DNA from: a virus
Taxonomy: Duplodnaviria > Caudoviricetes
Virus record (IMG/VR): IMGVR_UViG_3300021387_000072
Coordinates: 1 to 64,000 of that record
Length of the DNA: 64,000 nucleotides
Strand: one strand, 5' to 3'
The notes below the pieces were generated by a model that made no database searches, was not told the origin of the DNA, and saw only the letters and a list, made by a program, of their open reading frames with translations. The translations under genes and the position numbers were made by a program. Positions 25,701 through 31,131 of this stretch are shown in pieces (the first letter of the stretch is position 1; the number at the start of each line of letters is the position of its first letter).

Positions 25701-28074
25701 CGTACTGCTTTTGTGCGGCATCCATTACAACATCAAGGTTTTTTATCAATGATGCATCCATAAACCCATTATAGTTTATAGCGTCAAACCTAACGGGTTT
25801 CATAATGGTTTTGCCATTTTCATCTTTTGTTTCGTATTTTATTGGACTGTTTACCCACCAATGATAATCTTCAGTAGGGTTACCATTAATATCTTCTTTA
25901 ACCGCAAGACCTGAACGTATGGCAAAGTCTCTGTTTGTTTCACCAGGAAGCCTACGCAATGACCCTTTGAAAGCAGTGCCGCCTCTAAACTGCATATTTG
26001 CAGGAAGCATATCTTCAGATACAAAACCAATACCGTCAAGATATTTTATTTTTCCTGTCTCATCTCTGGTATCGATAATAGCAATGTTTCCAGGAACTGT
26101 ATGCATTTTGCCTTTTTCATCATAAATAGTACGATCAAGAGTAATACCTGTTTTTGTTGTTGGAGTCCAGAGTTTATTTAAAGCATCGAAATATCTGCCA
26201 GCTTCTTCCTCCGACATAAATGGAGCATTAGGATCTCTGTACAGACTAAAGGCATTTCCTTTAAAACCAAGTCCTTTAGCCCATGCTTCATTTTTTTTGA
26301 TATAATCATTCATAGCATCTTCAGATATCATTCTGATAACAGCACCGCCTGCTTCCTGATGGGAAGCATGCGCTATCATATGATTATATCCGTCTACTTT
26401 TTCAAAAGACATTTCACCTGTCTCAGGATTTACCCATGCACCATTTTTAAAAATATCTCTTACACGCTGTACATGTTCAGCATTGTTTTTGTCATAGCCA
26501 TCCATCGATATAAGAGCTATTCTGTCATGCGCTTTTGAATTATGTCCACGTTCCTCAAGACCAAGCATTCGAGTCATTTCAGACTCAGGTATTGTTTCGT
26601 AATTTGTTGTACCTGACATACCTCCGAACAGCTGGTGTTTGCCGATAACATATCTATCGTACCCAACTTTCATTGGTGTTATTTCTTTTCTTTCAGTACG
26701 GCTATCTCTTCTAGATGATGTCCATCTTTGATCGTCGCTCATGCTTTCTATGCTGTCAAGCATACGAAGAGCATCAAGACTTTGTCGTGAGGATCCACCT
26801 TGCATACGGTTAAAGATAAACTTCTTGACTTCGTTCGAAGAATCTCCCTCTTCAGTTCCTTTTGCAAGATACATATTGTTAAGCCAGGAATTGAGACCAG
26901 TAGAACTCGTTCTGTTTTCGAATTGATTCCACATGTAACTACGGATATCTTCAAGATCGTCGGCTGTTAAACCTTCTCTCATTTCTACATATCCATGCGG
27001 ATTATAATAAGCAAGCGTTTGATTATCGCGTGAACGCTTCATTGTAAGCATTGCTTTTGCAAAAACCGGGTTATCCCGCATTTGTGCTTGAAGCATATTC
27101 ATTACTTGCTGAGAAAGATATTTACCGGAACTTTGTTGTGTATCACGTCTTTGATATGCTTCTTTATCCCATGCGCTTTTGAAACTTTCAGGTATCAACA
27201 ACGCCGGGTCTGTGTATGAATGTTTTTGTGCTCTGTTTAAGTTTATTCCATAAACAGGTTTAGTGAATTCACTTAATCTTTCAGGAGCCATAGTATGTGC
27301 AACAAGATGCTGTATATATTGCTGCATGTTTCTGTATGCGGCATTTCCAAATTCATCTTCATCGCCCCACATACCACCTTGAGGACCTTTTGCCTGACCA
27401 AAGAATGGTTCAAGTATTTTTTGAATTCTCTTATCTGCCATAATAGCATCAGAGATTTCATTCAAACTACTTCTCGCAATAGCATCAGATCCATTGTAAT
27501 TAGGAGCAGTTCTTCTCTTTATAACATTTACTATATCTGATGTTATAGCGTTAAGCCCTGCGGCACGTTCTTGACCAAGTGCACCTATAATACCTTGCAT
27601 ATATTGTTTGGAATGATTTATACCAAAAGGAGTATCACCAGTAACCATTGTTGCAAGTTGATTATATTCCCTTTGGCTGATAAGCAGATCGTTATAAGCA
27701 TTCTGCTTATTTTCCAATGACATATTGGTATTCTTAATCAGACCATCAATTCTCCGTGTAAGACCTTCCGCAGTAGTGCCAGCTCTTACAAGACTTCTTT
27801 CAAGCATGGATCCAAATACAGGAAGTCCTTCCATTGAAGCAGTAAGACCTTCAAACTGTTTCTGTGTATTCGCCACCTGGGCCTGCATAGTAGCGAGCAA
27901 TCCGTTAAGAGCTTCAAGTCTCTCGGCATCACTTGGTGATGTTATGCTACCTTGCTCAGAAGATTGTTCCAGCTTCTGCTTTTCAGCCTCAACCTCTTTC
28001 ATCTCTTCAAGCGTTTGACTTGCATTACTGTGCAAAGTAAGTTCTAAGTCTATGTTCTTCTTGTTATCAGACAT
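7741..28074 (-). CDS. Giant tape measure polyprotein (6777 aa): two-barrel RNAP-like domain, PD-(D/E)xK nuclease-like domain, coiled-coil repeats, TMP core and TM segment
   Basis: Lies between chaperones and Dit; TP901-type TMP core about aa 3500-3830 ('MDVISALGDSAATTAAEITKGLQKS'); hydrophobic segment about aa 3846-3883; RNAP motifs D680GIG, Q695FRGG..K703G, R1034SP, D1095LDGD; nuclease PD1927..D1941HK..Q1955xxxY. Confidence 0.9.
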   Translation of the reverse strand: MSDNKKNIDLELTLHSNASQTLEEMKEVEAEKQKLEQSSEQGSITSPSDAERLEALNGLLATMQAQVANTQKQFEGLTASMEGLPVFGSMLERSLVRAGTTAEGLTRRIDGLIKNTNMSLENKQNAYNDLLISQREYNQLATMVTGDTPFGINHSKQYMQGIIGALGQERAAGLNAITSDIVNVIKRRTAPNYNGSDAIARSSLNEISDAIMADKRIQKILEPFFGQAKGPQGGMWGDEDEFGNAAYRNMQQYIQHLVAHTMAPERLSEFTKPVYGINLNRAQKHSYTDPALLIPESFKSAWDKEAYQRRDTQQSSGKYLSQQVMNMLQAQMRDNPVFAKAMLTMKRSRDNQTLAYYNPHGYVEMREGLTADDLEDIRSYMWNQFENRTSSTGLNSWLNNMYLAKGTEEGDSSNEVKKFIFNRMQGGSSRQSLDALRMLDSIESMSDDQRWTSSRRDSRTERKEITPMKVGYDRYVIGKHQLFGGMSGTTNYETIPESEMTRMLGLEERGHNSKAHDRIALISMDGYDKNNAEHVQRVRDIFKNGAWVNPETGEMSFEKVDGYNHMIAHASHQEAGGAVIRMISEDAMNDYIKKNEAWAKGLGFKGNAFSLYRDPNAPFMSEEEAGRYFDALNKLWTPTTKTGITLDRTIYDEKGKMHTVPGNIAIIDTRDETGKIKYLDGIGFVSEDMLPANMQFRGGTAFKGSLRRLPGETNRDFAIRSGLAVKEDINGNPTEDYHWWVNSPIKYETKDENGKTIMKPVRFDAINYNGFMDASLIKNLDVVMDAAQKQYGMYDQNATNDPTMLAVGVNNIAGELLRHHPIGQMVDYDSRSTKSDYLGTQMTEYMRISPEMQERQRADFEQRMKELDTLEGIKKYVFQDPNDPLSREINSATENRARMLIGSDEAQTKIKEYRDSLIQRMSRHEWIDFSGKEFGIIENSMNPLTALYQAYGVPDGIVKIAQEALSNATDKDGNKLFGTTYDIAEDATEDRRKAVEERVKDILLLRRSRDIDGREISNVADFSVPNEEYIAFGRSPTAIGSFVYGKNRARELGVIFDALANNYDSSKIGNLAPRFVETGGVMLGQEDWNALQGADLDGDLIKRIIGTYVPMFKETQEFHWDRVKKAGRPTKGMFTWTPKTGDGTAIPNDENIKSSYAENLIEQQIRMGLADAMARRVNQADLSDDANLELILSSLEGTEAYNYWSTLAKRPGEGKVSDYAWNSLNLGKEYSKFNLLDITPGIDLPLGRYFKNDIKPEHISDRDAGNLDFKGFNRKDRTYIKRHYNVDNLEDLTLADRKKIIAQRMRLANLPEGALNDKSSLQQADEWDRRYFKASNGVIVDMDALKKINLMHTNLPSFYSAAAQSGALFRKWASPYMDKSMTDAASEGITHLIYDSEEYADLGERTKNFMNMYMQLFPANESGEKILTSDVDMQRLQIAANLAKEEISENLSKKSIDGNLYDFENQTYLRDENGKIKTAQAESQRLFKELGIADIRDGGINVVENLKNFGMTYEKVLTDQNMPTATRNMFLAGEDRQLSRPYETAVMQRARYEKAQKEQEKRREEELQQQAREAAEYDQARQTAEQQAAQQAAQQASQAQAAQEQQAAQAQQAAQQNAAAAQQQTVLSASEAERKAYADSRLLGWNLSNIEKDPIDTKVKDANGKLLSARDYTEYTVTRSMPFIAGNGLTETTFQLPADRLTFFDNNNNIVTDKEYKKAVNIGVGNTNAHRAEQLKAEIRAAQHAGEKGWVDTENTNADALIGSAISYVMDELAQLPTDELTSEKTAGLWNDFFNSQPKELLDAAELKIDEKTGRVRSALDGRKSEAKRINKKLNTIYSGKDGKQQPGQFLFNYMSDTFHPFDSEQWDGEHVISTEGKINVDEATAKRLGLTKTSNADDLVKGEIPFELNGIFDSKGNPVMSRFAPDYILQGANGKFIVGDHKSSWHGAEKGLLQAMAYAHKLEEFARKAWEGDHYYDPYKMFLTQVKDEQGNISYQSNIEAVETNDAFAQDDNLRKIRFAYTQDYGKKAWDTIDKAEYAKYQNAVRTDIENGLIKIPIPPQTSTPTITNTSSQANTTSDQSSSSNNQQQPEQPPEDPMVALLQKAADIQETARQRRERFEKAQTMYSEVANNGNELSNFLKKDLRFNDELTSDEQHFNAMFGWLDAFKRQSDIFVKGVQGADDYKDNLELQAFVGNINKAVIDKEEETKKAFTNYTKHQAKMLPEYFRRKVNGVSESFVKDQDLIDSYDRDIERVSKLRDAFVAKRKEQKLYTEDKDGNWSLTEAEDQQIYDDLTAAIESMTKDKDRGVKGIQLRANRRLQSERKAERRILKSLDFTKSGADPFDKVDSYFDGIADSLEDYISSRTDTIKRIASDLEATDDQGNKIIKDEETIKAQQARSKELQQDVKDAEALKGKLDEYRTKRTKETEASWRRGLWGVREETLSSMTEGLSEIMEHGSPYDKTVRYNELHAAMEHNMKLQDESRRQRLNSFNLSRSLTPEEQVRESYQARRMQLEQEKINTSHAISDIELRLSSKEFQGELSANRQHVKDNLEKERERLIEHQKQIDALREPDRLKREEQEEIAEVRDRANRNLNYSLNSMRYQRYRLSDQTDLNRLTNTAFGTYQRFGESNPILNAIASKQANLNNLYSQRDSQDLDIERLNNQITEKQNELDKLNKEPYQAPGSSLILGADGKPISSGTNTDTENERARIQAQIEELEKQRDAATEARNATEERIATSSDRRDIAALRRDLYMNFVGNAYGTGESRIASLVHSGLINIDNIRNSKDSTLTDEQRSKEEENYMKALREGTSANISVRTTSLSQKLAQMTRGKNMSLSERIAQQYQNQILDAQQTVNQINSEVLQVQNQIDQLETEQKATGLSTEKSSLLEDLKKYVQTMNGLKESFNKAMTDTLPQQEERNKRYAREDEAARNSNFRTNTLNEAQAINFATASQARRWDMSKNGEFESHYSRAYAENERRINQRNDAFNKKNKTLAEIQNYNQQIKDIDRQIEELKPNDGVTLSAEEQKRLTDLQTNRSYMERKRTALRGEYTEANRQYNESEGIINDIYSLARLDRFDSTLQMNELLNSRGTTEANMLQRNHAIERQKLESAITQKQKDFDMWSEKTDSIKDKKSPEFEAALARQQEVFDELDALEKRKDELTALQDNDYYRSTHEIERRTNTLFYGSDSLTDKLMSGVEMVRKSAASDEEKQKMNMRLAQDYSTASDIDISTNDINIDQLTRGRNLSPVEAVQEYYKKQQNQVKQLIAKLSSEAADIESHLTSKTDMNGNAIDENSEDGKKLIEAMQKREKDIKGQVEKLSDYEKNLLAQYQSRDMAHAGRLNTLQTDMDVHQYNVAGNQAARQIEQFERNIAMRRYTRSYGIASRFAQEYNWRESMKDQAANIIESNEGKMKRLDYAREQLQHKVDQGENVESNKAKIAALDAEYKKLQDSIARARKEQEQFNHSFNLLKSIGSVISQTVGMIAKRLGTRIWRKAMQEAIQFTKQFNQAMTEIQMVTLKTDEQIGGLGDKLIDTAVKLKAPIKDVTSAATALYRQGLDDTQVEERLNEVIKFSTTAGVKAADAVKLITVAMNSGMVDSAKQAMDVISALGDSAATTAAEITKGLQKSIYAASEVGVSFNELVSMLTAMTANTQLGGNVAGTAMQTFMGRYAKVGSKELMYDENGNEISGSDLTNIFKQLGVDIYKGGERLPFMKALSAVAEQWDDLSPARKGQFAYAFGGQRQYSNINALMSAMAERDENGVTAIDKYLKLSENSEGMTDEKYSYYLDSLNASLTNLKNTFDSLVESLTDSGALTGFIDFLTNAIAGVEKLTSGMGSLEGILTTFAALLPTLLLFMTGHPILGLAAGAATVAGLSIFNSSQPKYDNQYEQVQDNIESENAANTKRIKALKQRASEINERRDEKGFLSAKDSVSLKNALTELQNLGAISDTASSSIEEMAASANKTKEALDNAADSTDKFNKRQLEQLWNAMWADFFNNNNEFETTREQKEITDIEARSFGSYLGVKLLGAAMDPFVLNNGKTGSDRIADILYGLDLRGMPSYVDANGKSTELSSMPIEGRNSLANIINDYLNAMQNAGVTFTNYDNFIVNGNKKVDAKHGNVREILAAIIRAIFKDDPDGRILGDYTLAGQFEAQDESKARQILTDAGYENTVVSGVIEKIKTDLNNNKITPTKQINLFDYADAYMAEHSSPEDSNGEDSNDKTPKRRGISSVYSITPKNGFTSLADSLYRFMATGQNLLYKPDQAVKYLDEALSSGAFGNIENFLADTKSADLNAAWKTMTEHYEAGTITQDDINAVMYQLSLLGSDYKTVGQYRSKNSILNSARTNAESIISGNKTWTTLAEDEQLRQRMQQDIISVYGEDVAARLSRGEKISDNELRSLSNQYAYGVSTFSDSEIANYARQLMAFKNEHDGAKFSAKDIANYFDISEADAERILSIGNMRELMGLSQTELESGNYDVDAMRRNTNAAIASGLIKESNYSDISKGIVEAFTPGQLYSTQLSEYSKLIARNDEIDKASAAMRRLNAGVGSYTASDLEILKNFTGVDIDITNAEQMKATVQSTYNELVKNFEDGINEGFSSLLSGKVDLNTDMSTTELLATLDSLGDAVGDWLKTAIEDLKLTIENGKVKWDEGEIQKISQDTIASLLAGINQAGNIDDIMYSGMIEKLNNTGTKFGLNHFTGIDNERTQTWMEGNANATNIYAAGINGTLDRSFAAMLLGGMRNPTLNKNNEYYNRLLGYYEDKKGVLNPNDLIEGYILSELSSLSGFTELYKDGTLDTDKLNELKTGIKKYRTNDEKLANVKDYVSQIITGTKDRGTLSKSDNLKDIQAIADMQEVLGSEYYDRLMNGENISKFTDYLYNKYQFGTDTANSLQYARWASDILAQVDSGTFNAKSWQDTNGVTGEQYNNILSRFAGLDRVISGSTDVNDRYNVEKAIETVKHLDNIAESDYADTTRSFVSSFGLGTYDQQASALAGLMSNLRTYSKVSLAAGTAQGKSYDYMKKNEAAALSELQSFANREIDAGNFEEVLQTVTERINTTLKNYVQGIANGFEHVFEINKIDLEHDMNTDEIIETLGTGVSDMLKSAIRELNVRIENGEVLFDENQFNEMTSEIYSSILYGLSSGDSMQKTILTAMRNKRNGAEGSLSTLTGFSDATIKQFMEGNDLANILFNASEETLPANIRNLMFDAMLNPVTGKGSSYQLELLKYFRDNQDSILSNQDNAFNAQILSDLNGVAGFSDYITNGVGSIDQIIADLVNQILTGSVGKTDWAETQASIIKGFGGTYSERTSTMSSVLSQRKTYGDALRAIERIRAGELTDQNLQAVQAATNRKDLTLENIEQNLTDVESDVYSNISNWTTGVGKGIFDTLQLGSSPFLEMDSESLYNYALKNNPQIAQLVKSIGARYENGEVVFDTPATNDQLGSFYSNLDYASRNFANQQERSVLTGLQTIFGNNQYAGQKTMDALAGMQGLENVDWSTYIKDHADINTLIQARDEGSITDEQALAMLEPYANPYQSRSSNYYAAYLDWWKTHEDERDNVFGQHAQSVLGQLSSWSNYVNYGNEEDLLAEIEQLDLDKSKDNYSQLVSYLGAWSGSQSSRDSLQSQFMAQSRTNANNRYLLDAMEQGRASTSTYEQIASALGNGWTADMVKGNQALARKMLEQQMQESDDTVRDFFNAELKQYADVLDNQNLSTPDVDISSIVEALKSTGDTAAQQLAEMIESWSESLGASESDNPFKDKYDEVASNIKSNAAYNLYGMAREFAKSGIDLNNKDDVTGWLEDNQYTDEQFNNIISDSEYVAFTEARNSGIITDPMYDEYLRGKQYGISGRTTEYGESLMSKLFGGADWTGDASSLDLNSARSVYQNMLAQGFDVDSELQATGVEGMEDLISAFKDGTTTGEEFADVMSKVNNGFDKKHSSDVHRYADNAEEVASNFNTLKGRAKDVTSFMSNMNKTMAQANDNQYWRSQYRKGNRNNDVLDKISEMTGFDKKDLTDKSKADVIEEALQRAEEGDLDMINDYIDTFTSDIQDAVNAQGAIEIIGPEVYVSGGTVTMSSEEVLSQLGAFINEDVAAMIQMMQAAGVEAYWDISEVNGKLTAKLNTSKTGFAGGGTGRKASGGGGGGGNSETDAQKLLKRIKHGKSLYEHQIKMVQYEETKYQNKGELSNYGKMLEEEIKLEQAYQPVLETNIQKIKDQMAATKSGSDDWYDLRDALLAAEEEMSELNNTIEENQKKLEENQEAIRQTRITLEDMLAQEIQNRIQKQRDMLAGTVSMQDTILQAIRDRYTKEWELVKKDIDKKKQALEEEKSLIDERLQMRKDAEDEAEKYEELAELKKQLALIEMDSTRTKDAAEMRKKISDIEKDIGWDIAEKQADAQKASIDDQTKAYDDYVTAGDEQLATFLEDANNFTSEMTEIMGMNHDQLFAWLQNNVDEFKNSLAKAQEQMVQSWNDTWKQMTGQTDTYWDWINQILATKESFLDFMKQSDDYINKSATEQQSLLYTWGQQYDAMIDANILNASWYHDDPNTGDWYGTEYVGGKGGSGSGSGSGGSSNNSGSNKNKNNKNGPSITPVVDEAKDDVVDITDLVYGNKNKTPTITPTSNVANIVMNEVKNRILKTAVKADTGTYTGDQEGLLYVHEKERVLNAQQTAAFEELVDTAEQMYHSNMFDNIIEAMHTYSDFVRVPSMLSDFSPSDFKNSTTSTIGDVIITLNEAKFEDEADYEAVARHVGEQFVKELTRQGLGVPVFGF

Positions 28075-28097
28075 ATATATTCACCTCATATTCTTAA

Positions 28098-28141
28098 TGC
28101 AGAAGCCAAGAATCGAACTCAGCAGCTGTACCATTTTCTGC
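28098..28141 (-). ncRNA. Mini tRNA-like element (acceptor stem plus T arm only)
   Basis: GCAGAAA-ATGGTACAGCTG-CTGAG-TTCGATT-CTTGG-CTTCTGC-A. Confidence 0.5.
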
Positions 28142-28145
28142 ATAT

Positions 28146-28175
28146 AAAAGCAGTCAGCTCTCATAAGCTGACTGC
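28146..28175 (-). terminator. Terminator-like hairpin upstream of TMP
   Basis: GCAGTCAGC/GCTGACTGC stem then TTTT on the minus strand. Confidence 0.6.
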
Positions 28176-28183
28176 GAGTTCAT

Positions 28184-28639
28184 TCAAGGTTTCTTCTTTT
28201 CAAATGTCATACCGGGAAACAGATTGCTTATCTTATCTGCATTGTCTTCCCTTGTTATGCCGGTAGAAGCAGATCCCTCCTTGGATTCTGCTTCACCGGC
28301 ATTGTTTGCTTTCATATACTCCACCAGATTCTTGAACAGTTCGTTCTGCTGTTGTGCCATAACCGGATCTACACTCTTGCCGATGATGTTAATGACATCA
28401 TTGGCAAGACGGTTCAGCATATTTCTACCAGCATTCATCCTGTCTTTCTCAAGTTCTATAACTCTGTGGAGTTCATCCCATGTCAGTTCGTAGTCATCTA
28501 CAATAGATGGATCAAGATCTGACTTCTTCAGCACATACGCATAGTCCGGGTTAACGTAGAATGTGTAGGACTCCTGATCGTAATCCACACAGCCCGGAAG
28601 GATAATATTCATATAGTCATTATATGTCATGTTAATCAC
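28184..28639 (-). CDS. Hypothetical tail-region protein
   Basis: 151-aa ORF overlapping the upstream gene, in operon. Confidence 0.65.
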   Translation of the reverse strand: MINMTYNDYMNIILPGCVDYDQESYTFYVNPDYAYVLKKSDLDPSIVDDYELTWDELHRVIELEKDRMNAGRNMLNRLANDVINIIGKSVDPVMAQQQNELFKNLVEYMKANNAGEAESKEGSASTGITREDNADKISNLFPGMTFEKKKP

Positions 28640-29039
28640 TCACCTTTATCTCTGTTTTTGCAGTTGTCTTTGCCATTTGCTTAAACATATCACCAAGATA
28701 AGAGAAGTCATCACCGGAGCCGCCAGCTGTTGCATTAAATATCTGAGCGATATCTTTTGCATCAGCACCTTTGATTTTATAAACCTTCGCTTCATCAAAG
28801 ATCTTCATGGCACCAGCAAGCTTCTTAGGTTCACCGGCAAGCGGGAATGCCTTCGTAATATATTTCTGAGCATCCTTAAGGGCAAAGCTATTACCGTAGA
28901 GATTTGAAATACTTTCATAATTGAGTTTCTTACCAAGAGCCTTAAGCACATTTGTAAAGAACTCTATGCTCATGTTGTTTATCGCTTCTTCGTCAACAAC
29001 GCCCAGATGTGCTGCGATAACTGCTACGGCATCATCCAT
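28632..29039 (-). CDS. Tail assembly chaperone, T portion (reachable by -1 frameshift)
   Basis: In the -1 frame relative to the upstream ORF and open back to the A8 run. Confidence 0.7.
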   Translation of the reverse strand: MDDAVAVIAAHLGVVDEEAINNMSIEFFTNVLKALGKKLNYESISNLYGNSFALKDAQKYITKAFPLAGEPKKLAGAMKIFDEAKVYKIKGADAKDIAQIFNATAGGSGDDFSYLGDMFKQMAKTTAKTEIKVSD

Positions 29040-29041
29040 GC

Positions 29042-29506
29042 TTAGTCCGTCTTCATCTGAGCTTCCACTTTTTTTTCATATTCGTCTATATGATTAAGCC
29101 GACAAAAGATCTCAAGCATCTTATAAATTGTCTCGCTGTCCATATCGTCAAAGTTATTTTTGATTAGCCTTGGATCATCTGTCACAGCAATAAGCCAGTC
29201 GAACAACATCTTATCACTGCTGCGCTCCTTATCGAGAACACCATCCTGCAGAGAAAGAATCTCAACAAGCGGTGCCTTCTTAAGCAGCATATAGAATGAT
29301 GCTGTCCTGTCTCTCTGATACTTAACCTTTGTGGATTTGATTTCGATTTTCTTGCCTCCAATAATAACCACGTTCTCCGGATGACCTATCTCAGGAACTG
29401 GTTTATCAGATGGAGTATACTCTGGCACAGGCTTCTGTGTATCTGTAGGTTCCAGAGTTGGATTTGACGGTTCTGTGTATTCTGGTACATCTTTCCTCAT
29501 AGCCAT
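29042..29506 (-). CDS. Tail assembly chaperone G
   Basis: Follows tail tube; start reassigned using SD AAGGTG; slippery A8 run near the 3' end. Confidence 0.7.
   Translation of the reverse strand: MAMRKDVPEYTEPSNPTLEPTDTQKPVPEYTPSDKPVPEIGHPENVVIIGGKKIEIKSTKVKYQRDRTASFYMLLKKAPLVEILSLQDGVLDKERSSDKMLFDWLIAVTDDPRLIKNNFDDMDSETIYKMLEIFCRLNHIDEYEKKVEAQMKTD
29069..29076 (-). other. Programmed -1 frameshift site (A AAA AAA)
   Basis: GAA AAA AAA GTG; -1 frame reads AGT GGA AGC TCA GAT GAA GAC GGA CTA AGC ATG into the 29039 ORF. Confidence 0.7.
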
Positions 29507-29561
29507 CTTCATCACCTTATTTCCTTTAAAAACCTCTGTAATTATGTAGAGTTTTACAAAT

Positions 29562-29601
29562 AAAAAAAGGGATAGTTGCAATTCGGTTGCAACTATCCCT
29601 T
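29562..29601 (-). terminator. Intrinsic terminator after tail tube gene
   Basis: GGGATAGTTGCAA/TTGCAACTATCCC stem plus T7 on the minus strand. Confidence 0.85.
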
Positions 29602-29640
29602 GAGATTATACAACCTTAATTAACCTTTATATAACCTTTA

Positions 29641-30285
29641 TTAGGCGGCGTAATAGCCAACATAGTAAACGCGTTCGTCAGCACGATGCGGGTCCATAGC
29701 ACCAACAGTGATCTGGTTGCCAGCAACGTTCTTGTAGCTGTTACTGAAACCAGCAGCCTGGGTGATACGAGCGCGATAGATGATCTCAACAATGTAGCCC
29801 TTGATGTCAGCGCCACGGACGGCGTTCTCTTCGTCACCGGAGCCGTAAACCGGCCAGACCATGGTCATTTCACCGATAGCCGTGGTGCGGTTATCAACGC
29901 CACCACCGGAAACGGTAACAGGACGGAAGTAGGTCACATTGAGAGAGCTGATGTTATCAGCGATGGTGATAACGGTTGTATACTTTGTTTCGCCATCAGT
30001 CGGAGCAGTTTCCTCTGCAACGAAACTACCGGCTTCGGCAGTGGTGCCTTCAGCCTTGGTCAGACCGTCGATCACGATGGTGTCGATAACGGAAGTATCG
30101 GTCTTCAGAGTAACCTTGTGATCGGTAACATCATAGTTGCCGGTCGTAGGCAGAGTCAGAGTATCTTCCGTGAATGTCATACCATTAGCCAGCTCGAACA
30201 GAGAAGTATCGAACTGCTGAGAAGTCATGCTGACTTCATAGGAAGACTGACCGGGAAGATAGGCTACGGGGAAGAGGGACCAACC
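29641..30285 (-). CDS. Major tail (tube) protein, exon 2
   Basis: Continues exon 1 in frame: ...EVNA|GWSLFPVAYLPGQS...; codon bias resembles the capsid gene. Confidence 0.8.
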   Translation of the reverse strand, partial: GWSLFPVAYLPGQSSYEVSMTSQQFDTSLFELANGMTFTEDTLTLPTTGNYDVTDHKVTLKTDTSVIDTIVIDGLTKAEGTTAEAGSFVAEETAPTDGETKYTTVITIADNISSLNVTYFRPVTVSGGGVDNRTTAIGEMTMVWPVYGSGDEENAVRGADIKGYIVEIIYRARITQAAGFSNSYKNVAGNQITVGAMDPHRADERVYYVGYYAA

Positions 30286-31131
30286 CAATATGTTCAGTAC
30301 AGTTCGTTAGGCTGTACCCGCAACTTAATGCAGCTCTATATTACTATAGAAGTTCAGACTATATCACGATCTCAGAGAGATCACTGCCATTCAACCCACT
30401 TGGGTATTTAGTCGTTAGGCTTTTAGGAGAAATAATACCAATGCATTCCATGATACATATGGCTTTCACTTCTTAAAGCACTGCTTATCTTATTAACTCG
30501 TCCTTTTATATCTTGTGCCGCTTCAGTTAATGAACCATATACTTTGTTTGTTTCTTTACATATTATCTTTTTAGCGCATGGACTCTTGGAACCAGAAAGC
30601 TTTTCAGTTATTTTCTTTTTGGATTCATCTTTCCATACACGTTTTCTATTTGCTTCAGAAATAATATCTCTTGTCTTTTCGGAATGCGTATGTCCAAAGA
30701 ATGGATTATCTTTGCCGGGTTGAGATAAACCACCACGTTGCACGTTATATCCAAACTCTGGGTTCTGTGATTTATATTCTTTAATCATATCAGTTTCATA
30801 CTTATATGCATCTTCTTTATTGAGTCCTGCCTTTAATATTATATGATCAAAAGAAGCCCATCCATATTCCTGGATGGCTTCCCAAAATCTCGGTGTTACT
30901 TTGTAATTCTTTCCATCTCTTCCGTAGCGGATTTCTGGTTTAAGACTTGTAGCTCCGATATAAACCTTGCCATTAATCTTATTTTTATGCATATAAACTG
31001 TATATTTTTTATCCATATTATCTCTCCATTTAGCACGGTAAGTTGTCCTATGTTACCCTCAATCACATAGGAGTTTCTCCGTTTAGACAGTTTTGCAATG
31101 TGCCTCGCGACACAAGGCGCCAGTTTTACTT
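30286..31131 (-). mobile_element. Group I intron (846 nt) with homing endonuclease
   Basis: Exon 1 ends in U, intron ends in G; P1 CGCU/GGCG; P10 AACU/GGUU; R/S elements AACGACTA and GATATAGTCT. Confidence 0.9.
30423..31016 (-). CDS. Intron-encoded GIY-YIG homing endonuclease with NUMOD3/NUMOD1-like repeats
   Basis: 'TVYMHKNKINGKVYIG', 'GYN', 'NPFFGHTHSEKTR', 'KIICKETNKVYGSLTEAA'. Confidence 0.9.
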   Translation of the reverse strand: MDKKYTVYMHKNKINGKVYIGATSLKPEIRYGRDGKNYKVTPRFWEAIQEYGWASFDHIILKAGLNKEDAYKYETDMIKEYKSQNPEFGYNVQRGGLSQPGKDNPFFGHTHSEKTRDIISEANRKRVWKDESKKKITEKLSGSKSPCAKKIICKETNKVYGSLTEAAQDIKGRVNKISSALRSESHMYHGMHWYYFS

